64,000 bases of DNA from Polyangiales bacterium (lineage in GTDB: Bacteria > Myxococcota_A > Polyangia > Polyangiales > Polyangiaceae), in NCBI GenBank assembly GCA_038231275.1, contig JBBRLQ010000010.1, positions 64,001 to 128,000 of the forward strand, written 5' to 3'. Under the pieces are notes generated by a model. It ran no database searches and was not told the origin of the DNA. It worked only from the letters and a program-made list of their open reading frames with translations. The translations under genes and the position numbers were made by a program. Below, one piece after another: positions 48,382 through 58,769 of the stretch (its first letter is position 1; each line of letters starts with the position of its first letter).

Positions 48382-51231
48382 ATGGGGGAAAAACGCGACG
48401 AGAAGGACGCGGCGACGCTGGCGACCACGATCGTCGAGGCAGAATCGCGTGCTCCGTCTCGCAGCGGTGAGAGCCTCGCGCTTCCGCCAGGCACCGTCGT
48501 AGGGCGCTACGTCATCGTCCAGGACATCGGGCGCGGCGGGATGGGCGCCGTGATGCTCGCCTACGACACGCAGCTCGCGCGTCGCGTGGCGGTGAAGATC
48601 CTGCTCACCGAGGCCGCGTCGGAGGAGGCGCGCGTGCGAATGATGCGCGAGGCGCAAGCGATGGCGCGCCTGTCGCATCCCAACGTCGTCGCGATCTACG
48701 ACGTCGGGACGTTCGAGGGGAACATCTTCCTCACGATGGAGTTCATCGACGGCACGACGCTGCGGGGGTGGCTCGCGACGCGCCGCCCGTGGCGCGAGGT
48801 GCTCGACGTGATGCGAAAGGCGGGGCGAGGGCTCGCCGCCGCGCACGCCGCAGGGCTCGTCCATCGGGATTTCAAGCCGTCGAACGTCCTCATCGGCAAA
48901 GACGGGCGCGTGTGCGTGATGGACTTCGGGATCGCGCGCGCCGACGCATCGGCGATCATGGCGATCGACACCGGATCGTTCCCTGCGCTGGCGCCCGTCG
49001 ACGTGGTGCTCGCCCCCGAGCCGCCCACCGAGCCCTCGGACGGCCCGAGCGCCGTCCACACCACGGGGACGAGCGTGCCGCCGACGGCGACGTCCAGCCA
49101 TCAGCTGCTCAGCGAGAAGCTCACCGAAGAGGGCGCGGTCATCGGCACCGTGGGCTACCTCGCGCCCGAACAGGCGTCGAACGAGGGGACCGACGCGCGG
49201 AGCGACGTGTTCAGCTTCTGCGCGGCGGTCTTTCGCGCGCTCTATGGCGTGCCGCCGTTTCCGAGCAAGACGCTGAACGAGTACCTCGGCGCGCTCTCGA
49301 AGCCGCCCGCCGCGCGGCCGCGCGACACGAAGGTGCCCGCGTGGATTCATCCGGTTCTCCTCAAGGGCCTGAGCGAGACGCCGAGCGATCGCTACACGAC
49401 GATGGAGGAGCTCCTGCGCGCGCTCGACGACGATCCGGCGCGGCGTCGAAGGCGCACGCTGCTGACCCTCGGCGCGGTCGCGGCGGCGGTGGTGGTCGCG
49501 CTCGGGCTTGGGCGCGCGTCGAGCCATGTCGTGGCGCCGGTGTGTGACGGAGCTACCGCGGAGATCGACGAGGTGTACGGCCCCGCGGTGGCCGCCGAGA
49601 TCGAGCAGAAATTCACGGCGACCGGCGCTCCCTACGCGGCCGACGCGTGGCGCCTGACCAAGGAGAGCCTCGAGACCTACACGAAGAGCTGGATGGAGGC
49701 GCACCGGCGCACGTGCGAGGCGACGCGCGTGACCAAGCAGCAGTCCGAGGAGCTGATGAGCCTCCGCATGGCGTGCCTGGAGCAAAATCGCGCGCAGCTG
49801 CGGGCGCTGGTGGGTCTCTTGCGCGAGGCCGATCGCGATCTCGTGGGGCGCGCGGTGCAGGCCTCGATCGCGCTGCCGAGCGTCGACGCGTGCGCGGACA
49901 TCACGTCCCTCATGGAGGTGAAGCCGGCGCCGGCCGCCGACAAAGAGCGCGTCGTCGCGGCGCGACAGCGGCTCGCGGGAGCGCGCGCAGAGGTCGACGC
50001 GGGACGGTACAAAGCGGCGCTCGCGAAGCTCGAGCCGATCGTGCGCGAAGCGCGTGAAATTGGGTACGAGCCGCTCGTCGCCGAGGCGCTGTTCGTGATG
50101 GGCTCCGCGCAGCACTCGTCGGATCAGCCCGTGACCGCGGCGACGACGTTGCGCGAGGCGGTGTGGATGGCCGAGCGCGGGCGCGACGAGCGCCTCAAGA
50201 TCGCAATCCTGCTGCGCCTCGCCTCGGCGGAGGTGACGCTCACGCACTTCGACGCGTCGGCGCTCTGGCTGGACTTCGCGGGCGCGTCCTTGGCGCGTCG
50301 GCCAGGGAGCCAGGCGCTCGAGGCGCGCTTCGCGCTCGGTCAGGCGACGCGCCTCTACATCATGGGAAAGTACACGGATGCCGTTCCATACGCGCGAAAG
50401 GCAGTGGCGCTCGCCGAGCCGCGCGGAGGCCAGGATCCGACGACGCTCTGGGAGTCGTACTTTCGTCTCGGCAGCGTCCTCATGTCGCCGGACTCGCCGG
50501 AGGGACTCGGGTACCTGGAGCGCGCCGACGCGCTGGTGGTCGCGCGGTTCGGGGAGCTCCACCCACAGCGCGTGCGCGTAGCCGGCAACCAGTGCGTCGC
50601 GCTGGGCCTCGTCGGCCGGTACACGGACTGTCTCGATCTCGCCGATCGCACGCTCCAGCGCGCCACGCAGGTCCTGCCGCCGACCCATCGCTGGATCGGG
50701 ATCCTGCACGAGCGCCGCGGGATCGCGCAGTTCAAGCTCCATCGATCGACCGAGGCGCTCGCGTCGCTCGATCGCGCCGTCGCGATCACCAAGGCGTCCA
50801 AGGACGATCGCGAGCTCGGCGCCGCGCAGAGCATCCGCGGCGACGTCCTCCTCGACCTCGGCCGCGCGCGCGAGGCCGTCCCGGCCTTCGACGAGGCGAT
50901 CGGCGCGTTCACGCGCAGCGTGCCTGCCGATCACGATTTCTTCGCCGCCGCGTGGAAAGGGCGCGGCATCGCGCACCTGAGGCTCAATGAGCGGCCTGCG
51001 GCGATCGCCGATCTCGAGAAGGCGCTGGAGGTCTACGCGCGCGGCAACTCGATGACGAACGATCTCAAGCTCGGCCAGGCCGACGTACGCTTCGCCCTCG
51101 CGCAAGCGCTCGCGCAGACCGGACCGCGTCCTGCAAGAGTGACCGAGCTCGCGACTCTCGCCCGCGCGACCTTCATAGACGCGCGCGAAGACGGGCGAGT
51201 TGCGGCGCTCGACCTATGGCTCGCGCGCTAG
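48382..51231 (+). CDS. Ser/Thr protein kinase with TM and C-terminal TPR repeats
   Basis: GRGGMGAV, VAVK, HRDFKPSN, DFG, YLAPEQ; TM; TPR-like helices. Confidence 0.93.
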   Translation: MGEKRDEKDAATLATTIVEAESRAPSRSGESLALPPGTVVGRYVIVQDIGRGGMGAVMLAYDTQLARRVAVKILLTEAASEEARVRMMREAQAMARLSHPNVVAIYDVGTFEGNIFLTMEFIDGTTLRGWLATRRPWREVLDVMRKAGRGLAAAHAAGLVHRDFKPSNVLIGKDGRVCVMDFGIARADASAIMAIDTGSFPALAPVDVVLAPEPPTEPSDGPSAVHTTGTSVPPTATSSHQLLSEKLTEEGAVIGTVGYLAPEQASNEGTDARSDVFSFCAAVFRALYGVPPFPSKTLNEYLGALSKPPAARPRDTKVPAWIHPVLLKGLSETPSDRYTTMEELLRALDDDPARRRRRTLLTLGAVAAAVVVALGLGRASSHVVAPVCDGATAEIDEVYGPAVAAEIEQKFTATGAPYAADAWRLTKESLETYTKSWMEAHRRTCEATRVTKQQSEELMSLRMACLEQNRAQLRALVGLLREADRDLVGRAVQASIALPSVDACADITSLMEVKPAPAADKERVVAARQRLAGARAEVDAGRYKAALAKLEPIVREAREIGYEPLVAEALFVMGSAQHSSDQPVTAATTLREAVWMAERGRDERLKIAILLRLASAEVTLTHFDASALWLDFAGASLARRPGSQALEARFALGQATRLYIMGKYTDAVPYARKAVALAEPRGGQDPTTLWESYFRLGSVLMSPDSPEGLGYLERADALVVARFGELHPQRVRVAGNQCVALGLVGRYTDCLDLADRTLQRATQVLPPTHRWIGILHERRGIAQFKLHRSTEALASLDRAVAITKASKDDRELGAAQSIRGDVLLDLGRAREAVPAFDEAIGAFTRSVPADHDFFAAAWKGRGIAHLRLNERPAAIADLEKALEVYARGNSMTNDLKLGQADVRFALAQALAQTGPRPARVTELATLARATFIDAREDGRVAALDLWLAR

Positions 51232-51241
51232 AGCGAGTCCT

Positions 51242-52414
51242 CTACAGCTCGGGTCGGAACGACTGGGCGTCGCACCGCGCGCGCAGCTTGCGGAGCGCGG
51301 CGATCTCGATCTGGCGGATGCGCTCGCGCGTGAGGGACATCATCGTGCCGATCTCTTCGAGCGTGCGCTCGGGGGCGCCGTCGAGTCCGAAGCGCATGGC
51401 CAAGATCTGGCGCTCGCGCTCCGTGAGGCCCTGAAGGAGCCCGCGCGCGCGGGCGCCCAAGCGTGCGCGCTCGACGTCGTCCTCGGGGAGCGGGCTCGTG
51501 TCGTTTGCGACGAGATCGGCGATCGTGCCCGCATCGTCGCTGGCGCCGAGCGGAGTCTCCAGACTGACCGGCTCCCCGGCGAGGCCCAAGATCATCTCGA
51601 CTTTCTCCGGCGCGAGGCCGCTGCGACGCGCGAGCTCCTCGGTGGTCGGCTCCTGTCCGGTGCCTTCCATCGCGGCGCGGGCGCGACGGACGCGCGCGCG
51701 GCTCTCGACGAGGTGCACGGGCAGCCGAATCGTCGGCGCCTGATCGGAGATCGCGCGATCGACGGCCTGCTTGATCCACCAGCTCGCGTACGTGCTGAGG
51801 CGGTAGCCGCGGCGCGGATCGAATTTTTCGATCGCGTGCATGAGGCCCAGGTTGCCCTCTTGGATGAGGTCGCCCCGGGAGAGGTGTCGGGAGTTGAAGC
51901 GGCTAGCGATCGAGATGACGAGCGGGACGTTTCGCTCGAAGAGCTCGTCCTTCGCCGCGCGGATCTCCGCATGCGCCGCGTGCACGCGCGCGAGAAGAGA
52001 CGGATCGACCGCCGTCTCGGGAGAAGCCTCGACCGCCGCCTCGAGACGGTCGATCACCGCGGGGTGGAGACGGATTTCGGCCAGGCGTCGCGCGCGCCGC
52101 GCTCCACGCGAGGCCAGCGCCGCGAGGAGCTGCGTGCGCTGCGCGACGGTCGGATCGACGGTGTTGTCCTCGTCGTCGTCCACGCGCGTGTCGACGTTGC
52201 GGACGACGTGCTCGATGGGGGTCGTCTCGGCGATGAGCTCCGCGCGGACGTCGGCGACGACACGCGTCCCGGCCCGGGTCGCAAGGAGCGCTTCGAGCAA
52301 TGCATGCTCTCCAGCGAGAATGCGCAAGCCGAGCGCTTGCTCTTCCTGCCGCGTCGGCGGCGGTAGTCGTGCGGTGAAATGGAATGCCGTGTTCACGACA
52401 TATTCTTTAAGCAT
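51242..52414 (-). CDS. RpoD/RpoS-like sigma-70 factor lacking region 1.1
   Basis: DLIQEGNLGLMHAIEKFDPRRGYRLSTYASWWIKQA, TIRLPVH, TLEEIG..LTRERIRQIE; start uncertain. Confidence 0.92.
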   Translation of the reverse strand: MLKEYVVNTAFHFTARLPPPTRQEEQALGLRILAGEHALLEALLATRAGTRVVADVRAELIAETTPIEHVVRNVDTRVDDDEDNTVDPTVAQRTQLLAALASRGARRARRLAEIRLHPAVIDRLEAAVEASPETAVDPSLLARVHAAHAEIRAAKDELFERNVPLVISIASRFNSRHLSRGDLIQEGNLGLMHAIEKFDPRRGYRLSTYASWWIKQAVDRAISDQAPTIRLPVHLVESRARVRRARAAMEGTGQEPTTEELARRSGLAPEKVEMILGLAGEPVSLETPLGASDDAGTIADLVANDTSPLPEDDVERARLGARARGLLQGLTERERQILAMRFGLDGAPERTLEEIGTMMSLTRERIRQIEIAALRKLRARCDAQSFRPEL

Positions 52415-52491
52415 CGAGCGTGGCGTGTGCCATGCATGGCGCCGCGATCACGGGGTGCGAAGCGCGCGCGGCAGCATGGTAGAAGTGCCCC

Positions 52492-53613
52492 GTGAGGCGC
52501 GGTTTTCTCGGCTCAGCTGCTCGATGGCTCGTCCGTGCGAGCATGCTCGCGAACGGCGTCGTCGTCGCGTGCGGCTGCGGAGCTCCGCCTCCACCTCGTC
52601 CGATCGCACGCGCCACTCCCGTCGCGGACGCCGCCGGGATGGCCGCCGTCGATGCGAGCTCAGGCGGCGCCGTCGACGCGGCCGCGTTCGACGTCCTCGA
52701 TGCTGGCGCGCCGGTGGCGATTCTCGACTCCGCGCCGGCGCCTCCTCCCGATCCGATGGCGACGCACAAGGACTCGCGCGACGATCTCCTGGCGCTCATC
52801 GACGTCCCGAGCCCGCGCGAGGCCGCGCTCCTCCGCGGTCTCTTCGGTACCGACGGCCCCGGACAGATGAACCAGGGAAACAAATCCCTCGCGCGTCACA
52901 AGAAGAGTCGCGAGGAGTGCCTCGCCGGCCTCAAAGACATCGTCATCCAAACGCCCGAGCAGCGCGCGACGTGCGGCGCCGAAAACATGGTCCCCGTCGC
53001 GGCGAAGGGCAAAGACCCCGCGTATTGCATCGACGTCTTCGAGTTTCCGAACCGCGCGTGCGAGCTGCCCATCGTGTGGTCGTCGCCGTCGGGGGCGAGC
53101 AATGTGTGCAAATTACAAGGAAAGCGACTCTGCACGCAGTCCGAATGGCAGCTCGCCTGCCGCGGCGATCCCGAGGGCGGCAAGGACCGGCGGTACGCGT
53201 ACGGCGACAAGCTCGATCTCGACGTGTGCAACACGCACCGCCCGCACCGCCTGCGGTGCAACCCGCTCGGCTCCAAGACCGCGTGGGCGACCTGCGCGAC
53301 CGACACCGAGCCGTCGGGCTCCTTCCCCTCCTGCCGCTCGCGCTTCGGCGTCTTCGATCAGCACGGCAACGTCGCCGAGGAAATGTCGCGCAAGGACGTC
53401 GACGGGAAGGTCGTCAGCCAGCTGAAAGGCAGCGCCTGGTTCTACAGCGAGGTCGCCCGGGAGCCCGATCGGCCCATTCCCGCCAGCACCCCCTACAAGG
53501 AGAGCGCCCACTCCGACACCTGCAACTTCGACCCGCGGTGGCACGTCGAGCCCCTCGAGGCCGCCGTGCACGTGAACTACCACCTCGGATTTCGCTGCTG
53601 CAAGGGCCTCTGA
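52492..53613 (+). CDS. FGE-sulfatase (SUMF1/EgtB-like) domain exported protein
   Basis: YCIDVFEFPN, GKRLCTQSEWQLAC, SRFGVFDQHGNVAE, GFRCC; start uncertain. Confidence 0.85.
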   Translation: MRRGFLGSAARWLVRASMLANGVVVACGCGAPPPPRPIARATPVADAAGMAAVDASSGGAVDAAAFDVLDAGAPVAILDSAPAPPPDPMATHKDSRDDLLALIDVPSPREAALLRGLFGTDGPGQMNQGNKSLARHKKSREECLAGLKDIVIQTPEQRATCGAENMVPVAAKGKDPAYCIDVFEFPNRACELPIVWSSPSGASNVCKLQGKRLCTQSEWQLACRGDPEGGKDRRYAYGDKLDLDVCNTHRPHRLRCNPLGSKTAWATCATDTEPSGSFPSCRSRFGVFDQHGNVAEEMSRKDVDGKVVSQLKGSAWFYSEVAREPDRPIPASTPYKESAHSDTCNFDPRWHVEPLEAAVHVNYHLGFRCCKGL

Positions 53614-53762
53614 CCGCCCGGCAACCACCTGGCAATCACATGCGTGGGGACGGATTCACTCGCGTTTTCAGGGTTGCGGCAGTGACAAACCCGTGACAAG
53701 CAGCGGTCCCTTCGGAACCTCTCGATCTCCACACCAAATCGCGCAAGAGTGCGAACCACGAC

Positions 53763-55739
53763 ATGTCCGCGCAACTCACTGGGCTCCAGCCGGATACCGA
53801 ATCCAGGACGACGACGACGGAGGAGGTCCCGGTGTCACCGTGGACCGTCGAAGACGCTCGCGAGCTCTACATGGTCGAGCGGTGGGGCGGTGACTACTTC
53901 GGCGTCGACGAAGAGGGCCGCGTCACCATCGCGCCGCTCCAGAACAAGGGTCGCCGTTTCGCGATCATGGACGTCATCGACGCCGCGATGAAAGAGGAGG
54001 GGCTCAAGGCTCCGATCATCATCCGCTTCCAGGACATGCTGCACCACCGCGTGCGCGTCCTGAACGAGGCGTTCAACCGTGCCATCGCGGAGAACAAGTT
54101 CCGCGGCCACTACCGCGGCGTCTTCCCCATCAAGGTCAACCAGATGAAGGAGGTCGTCGAGGAGATCCTCGAGGCCGGCCGACCGTTCCACTACGGCATC
54201 GAGGTCGGCTCCAAGCCGGAGATCTGCGCGGGCCTCGCGGTCCACACTGACAACGATTCGCTCATCGTCTGCAACGGCTACAAGGACGACGCGTTCATCC
54301 GCGCGGCGCTCATGGGGCGCAAGCTCGGGAAGAAGGTCATCCTCATCGCCGAGAAGCTCTCCGAAGTGCGCGCCATCGTCCGTCTCGCGAAGGAGATGGG
54401 CGTCGAGCCGGAGATCGGCGTCCGCGTCCGCCTCGTCACGCGCGGCGGGGGCAAGTGGGCGGAGTCGGGCGGCGAGAACGCGAAGTTCGGCCTCTCGACG
54501 GCAGAGATCCTCGAGGCGGCAAGCGTCCTCAAGGATGCGGGGATGAGCAACGCGTTCAAGCTCGTCCACTTCCACATCGGCTCGCAAGTCCCCGACATCC
54601 TCATCATCAAGCGCGCCGTGCGCGAGGCGGCGCGCTACTACGCGAAGCTGCGCCGCATGGGCCACCCGATCGAGTACCTCGACGTCGGCGGCGGCCTCGC
54701 CATCGACTACGACGGCACGCGCAGCAACTTCCACGCGTCGATGAACTACAGCGTCGAAGAGTACGCGCGCGACGTGGTCTGGAACATCGCGGACATTTGC
54801 GACGAAGAACGCGTGCCGCACCCGCACATCATCTCCGAGTCGGGCCGCGCCATCGTCGCGCACCACACGGTCCTCGTCGTCGAGGCGTTCGGGACCATCG
54901 ACCGCGTGTCCGGCGATCAGGGGGAGGTCGCGGCGGTCGAGCACAAGCTCATCACCGGCGTGAAGGACATCGCGCAGAACCTCGCCGCCAACAACCTCAG
55001 CGAGTCGTGGCACGACCTGCTCCAGCTGAAGGAGCAGTCGCAGAACATGTTCGGCCTCGGGCTCCTCGAGCTCGACGTGAAGGGCTGTTTCGAGACGCTC
55101 TACTGGAAGACCACGTCGCGCATCAGCGCCCTGCTCGGCACGCTCGCGAAGGAAGAAGTTCCCGACGAGCTCGTCGACATCCAGCGTGAGCTGGCGAGCC
55201 AGCACATCTGCAATTTCTCGGTGTTCCAGTCTCTCCTCGACCACTGGGCGTTCGGCGCTCTCTTCCCGGTCGTCCCGCTCCACCGCTTGAACGAGAAGCC
55301 CACCGTGGAGAGCTCGCTCGTGGACATCACGTGCGACTCCGACGGCAAGGTCGCCAAGTTCATCGACCGGGACAACGAGAAGCCGTCGATCATGCTGCAT
55401 CCGGTCGACAAGGGGCCCTACTACATCGGCATCTTCTTGACCGGCGCCTACCAGGACATCATGGGCGACATCCACAACCTGCTCGGCCGGGTGAACGAGG
55501 TCCATGTGTTCCTCGATGACGACGAGGAATGTGGCTACTACATCGAAGAGACGATCGCCGGGAACACGATCTCCGAGGTCCTCCGGATGACCCAGTACGA
55601 GCCGCACGATCTCGCCGCGCGCATGAAGGCGCAGGTCGACGCGGCCATCAAGCAGGACCGGCTGAAGCCGACCGAGGGCATGCGCCTGCTCGCCGAGTAC
55701 GAGCGCGGGCTCAAGGATCAGACGTATCTGACGTGGTGA
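53763..55739 (+). CDS. speA: Biosynthetic arginine decarboxylase
   Basis: VFPIKVNQ, EVGSKPE, CNGYKD, HFHIGSQ, DVGGGL, SESGRA, DITCDSDG, GAYQDIMGDIHNL. Confidence 0.95.
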   Translation: MSAQLTGLQPDTESRTTTTEEVPVSPWTVEDARELYMVERWGGDYFGVDEEGRVTIAPLQNKGRRFAIMDVIDAAMKEEGLKAPIIIRFQDMLHHRVRVLNEAFNRAIAENKFRGHYRGVFPIKVNQMKEVVEEILEAGRPFHYGIEVGSKPEICAGLAVHTDNDSLIVCNGYKDDAFIRAALMGRKLGKKVILIAEKLSEVRAIVRLAKEMGVEPEIGVRVRLVTRGGGKWAESGGENAKFGLSTAEILEAASVLKDAGMSNAFKLVHFHIGSQVPDILIIKRAVREAARYYAKLRRMGHPIEYLDVGGGLAIDYDGTRSNFHASMNYSVEEYARDVVWNIADICDEERVPHPHIISESGRAIVAHHTVLVVEAFGTIDRVSGDQGEVAAVEHKLITGVKDIAQNLAANNLSESWHDLLQLKEQSQNMFGLGLLELDVKGCFETLYWKTTSRISALLGTLAKEEVPDELVDIQRELASQHICNFSVFQSLLDHWAFGALFPVVPLHRLNEKPTVESSLVDITCDSDGKVAKFIDRDNEKPSIMLHPVDKGPYYIGIFLTGAYQDIMGDIHNLLGRVNEVHVFLDDDEECGYYIEETIAGNTISEVLRMTQYEPHDLAARMKAQVDAAIKQDRLKPTEGMRLLAEYERGLKDQTYLTW

Positions 55740-56742
55740 CCTTTCCGCGGTGCATGCGGAACAGGTTGGCGAAGTAGCCGGCCACGAGCACGAGCGACAC
55801 GAAATACCACGGCGCCGCCGTGCCGAGGGAGTACGCCTCCGCGGCGGCGGCGTGCGCGGTGAGATCGTGCGCACCGTCGGACGAGCGCAGGAGCGTGGGG
55901 TAGAGCGTCGCGGCGACGCCGGCGAGCGCGGTCGCGAGGAAGAGGCACGACGCGAGAAACGCGGCCAGCTCGCGGCTTCGTCGTCGAAAGAGCGCGCTCG
56001 CGCCGAGGGCGCACGTCGAGACGACGACGAGCCCTGCGCCGAGAGGGGAGGGGGTGAGACGCGCGACGCGGGCCGTCGCCACGTACGCGAGCACGAGGAG
56101 AGCTGCGAGGACTGGAAGCGTCCGTCCGGCAGCAAGGCGCGCGCGCGCGTTGACGGTCCCCGAGGTCTTCCATGCGAGGAAGAGCGCGCCGTGGTGAAGG
56201 AGCGCGGCGACCGCGACGACGCCCACCGTGACCGTGTACACGTCGAGGAGGCCCACGGGATCGCCCTGGTGCGGCGCGAACGACGTGAAGAGAGCGAGCG
56301 TGAACCATCGCTCGCCGCCGAGCGGCACGCCGCGCAGGAGGTTGCCGAGGGCGACCCCGAACAGGAGCGCCAGGACGCCGCTCGCCGCGGAGAAGACGAA
56401 ATCCCAAAACGCCCGCCAGAGCGGCGAGGCGAGGTGGCTGCGGAGCTCGATCGCCGTGCCGCGCAGGATGAGCGCCCACACGACGAGGAACATCGCGAGG
56501 TAGAAGCCGCTGAACGCCACGGCGAGCGCGGTCGGAAACGCGAGCATGAGCGTGCCGGCGGCGGCGATGAGCCAGACCTCGTTGCCGTCCCACCACGGGC
56601 CGATCGCGCCGAGCACCGCGCGCCGTTCGCCGTCGGTGCGCGCGATCCAAAGGTGCAGCGCGCCGGCGCCGAGATCGAAGCCGTCGAGGACGACGTACGC
56701 CGCGAGCGCGAGCGAGGCGAGCGAATACCAGAGGGGGATCAC
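55711..56742 (-). CDS. cydB: Cytochrome bd ubiquinol oxidase subunit II
   Basis: YVVLDGFDLGAG, IGPWWDGNEVWL, FGVALGNLLRGVP; GTG start overlaps cydA stop. Confidence 0.93.
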   Translation of the reverse strand: MIPLWYSLASLALAAYVVLDGFDLGAGALHLWIARTDGERRAVLGAIGPWWDGNEVWLIAAAGTLMLAFPTALAVAFSGFYLAMFLVVWALILRGTAIELRSHLASPLWRAFWDFVFSAASGVLALLFGVALGNLLRGVPLGGERWFTLALFTSFAPHQGDPVGLLDVYTVTVGVVAVAALLHHGALFLAWKTSGTVNARARLAAGRTLPVLAALLVLAYVATARVARLTPSPLGAGLVVVSTCALGASALFRRRSRELAAFLASCLFLATALAGVAATLYPTLLRSSDGAHDLTAHAAAAEAYSLGTAAPWYFVSLVLVAGYFANLFRMHRGKVTTSDTSDP

Positions 56743-58088
56743 GCGTGCCCCTCCGCGCTGGCGTCCCTCGGAGGACCCTGGGCGATCTCTCGCCCGATGA
56801 GGAAGACGTAGAGGAGGCCGAGCACCAGGTAGAGCCCCGCGAAGCCGAGGAGCGTGAAGAGCGCGTCGCCCGAATGCACGGTGGGGCTGGCGCCGTGCTC
56901 CGTGCGAAAGACGCCGTAGACGAGCCACGGCTGGCGGCCGAGCTCCGTCGTCATCCACCCCGCCGAGTTGGCGATGTACGGGAAGGGAACCGCGAGCATC
57001 AGCACCCACAAGAGCGCGCGCGACCGTTCGAGCTTGCCGCGCCACGCTTGCACGGTGGCGAGCGCCATCAGCAGAATCATCAGCGTTCCGAGGCCGACCA
57101 TGACGTGAAACGCGTAATAGAGGAGCTCGATGTTCGTGGGCCACGTGCTCTCGGGGTACTCGTCGAGGCCGTGCACGAACGATCCGAAGTGACCGTACGC
57201 GACGAAGCTGAGGACGCCGGGCAGGTGGATGGGGTTGTCGAGGCGCTTCTCCTTCACGTTGGGCTGACCAATGAGGGTGAGCGACGCGTTGGTGCCGCTC
57301 TCGAAGCGACCCTCCATGGCGGCGAGCGCGGTCGGCTGGTGCGCGGCGACGAGCTTCGCTTGGGCATCGCCCGTGGGGAACGCGACCATCAGCGTCGCGA
57401 CGAGGCCCAGCGTGACGCCGACGCGGAGGGAGACGCGCGCCTCGGCGGGATGCGCGCCGGAGAGCGTCCAGTACGCGCCGACCGCGGAGACGACGAACGC
57501 GCCCGTCACCAGCGCCGCGAGCAAGGTATGTGCATACTGCACGAGTGCCCACGGATTGCCGAGAAACACCCAGAAATCGGAGAGCGCGAGGCGGCCGTCG
57601 GGCAACGTGACGTAGCCGACCGGGTGCTGGAGGAACGCGTTGGTAGCGACGATGAAGTAGCCGGACAGCCAGCTCCCGACGAGGAGCGCGACGGCGACGC
57701 CGAGGTGCGCCTTGGGGCTCATCTTCTTCTCGCCAAAGACGAGAAGCCCGAGGAACGTGCTCTCGAGGAAGAAGGCGAACATGCCCTCCATCGCGAGCGT
57801 CTGGCCGATCACGCCGCCCGCGGTGTGCGTGAGGCGCGCCCAGTTGGTGCCGAACTGCATCTCGAGCGGGATGCCGGTGACGACGCCGACGACGAAGTTG
57901 ATCCCGAAGACGCGAATCCAGAAGCGCGCGGTACGGGCGTACGCGTCGTCGCCCTGGCCCCGGCGAAGGTGAAGCGCCTTCACGAGGACGATGACGAGCG
58001 CGAGGCCGAGCGTCAGCTGCGGAAACAGGTAGTGGAAGACCGCCGTGAACCCGAACTGCAGGCGATGCCAGAAGAGCGCGTCCCCCAT
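56739..58088 (-). CDS. cydA: Cytochrome bd ubiquinol oxidase subunit I (short Q-loop)
   Basis: RLQFGFTAVFHYLFP, QFGTNW, AFFLESTF, FHVMVG, GWMTTELGRQPW. Confidence 0.95.
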   Translation of the reverse strand: MGDALFWHRLQFGFTAVFHYLFPQLTLGLALVIVLVKALHLRRGQGDDAYARTARFWIRVFGINFVVGVVTGIPLEMQFGTNWARLTHTAGGVIGQTLAMEGMFAFFLESTFLGLLVFGEKKMSPKAHLGVAVALLVGSWLSGYFIVATNAFLQHPVGYVTLPDGRLALSDFWVFLGNPWALVQYAHTLLAALVTGAFVVSAVGAYWTLSGAHPAEARVSLRVGVTLGLVATLMVAFPTGDAQAKLVAAHQPTALAAMEGRFESGTNASLTLIGQPNVKEKRLDNPIHLPGVLSFVAYGHFGSFVHGLDEYPESTWPTNIELLYYAFHVMVGLGTLMILLMALATVQAWRGKLERSRALLWVLMLAVPFPYIANSAGWMTTELGRQPWLVYGVFRTEHGASPTVHSGDALFTLLGFAGLYLVLGLLYVFLIGREIAQGPPRDASAEGHA

Positions 58089-58107
58089 CGCGGGGACACC
58101 CTACACG

Positions 58108-58713
58108 TTAGTTGCAGTACGTGTAAGCGACGCCGCGGGTCGTGATCGTCTGCGTGCAGGCGTGCCCGTTCGGGCAGCTCGTCGGATCGGAGGGATCGCA
58201 GAGCGTGAGGGCGCCGCCACAGAGGTCTTCGCACGACGTGCTGTTGTTCGGGCCGCCAGCCCACTGGGCGCAGCAGTATTTGACCCCTGGGCATTCGTGG
58301 CGATCGTCGCAGTTGACGAGGACGGCGCCGCCGCAACCTACCGGTGTCGTGCAACTCGCTTGCGACTGCTCGAGGCAGCAGACGTCAATCCCAGTGCAAA
58401 AGGCTCCATTGCCGCAGCGGATGCCGGGATCGCCTCCGGAGTCCGCGGCGTCGGCGGTGGCGTCCTTTGCGGCGTCCTTCGTGCCGGTGTCTGGAGGAGA
58501 TGAGGTGTCCGCGCCGCCGTCGTCGTTCGTCGCGCCGTCGCCGACGTTGCCGTCGGTTCCCGTGGGGGCGTCGGTGACCTGGCTGCCATCCCCTGCGATC
58601 GCGCCGTCGCCGCCGTCGCCGTCGAGCGGACCGACCGAGAGACCGTCGAGCCCGGAGACCGCGGCGCACGCGGAGAGCACCACCGTCGTCATCCCGAGCG
58701 CGAAACGCCTCAC
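58108..58713 (-). CDS. Cys-rich lipoprotein
   Basis: Lipobox LSAC; Asp/Gly/Ala linker; CC and CDxxxEC motifs similar in style to 43057..43572. Confidence 0.65.
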   Translation of the reverse strand: MRRFALGMTTVVLSACAAVSGLDGLSVGPLDGDGGDGAIAGDGSQVTDAPTGTDGNVGDGATNDDGGADTSSPPDTGTKDAAKDATADAADSGGDPGIRCGNGAFCTGIDVCCLEQSQASCTTPVGCGGAVLVNCDDRHECPGVKYCCAQWAGGPNNSTSCEDLCGGALTLCDPSDPTSCPNGHACTQTITTRGVAYTYCN

Positions 58714-58769
58714 CTCTGAAGAATAGCGCGATTGGTCGCCATGCGGCGGGTTGGCGCTAGAGTGCCGGA

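Noticed and set aside
52417..52436. Possible sigma-54 boxes on both strands between the sigma factor and FGE genes
   Set aside because: GG-N10-GC spacing is present but the match to consensus is weaker and likely by chance at this GC content.
55711..55739. 29-bp convergent overlap of speA and cydB
   Set aside because: Short tail-to-tail overlaps are common in compact high-GC genomes.
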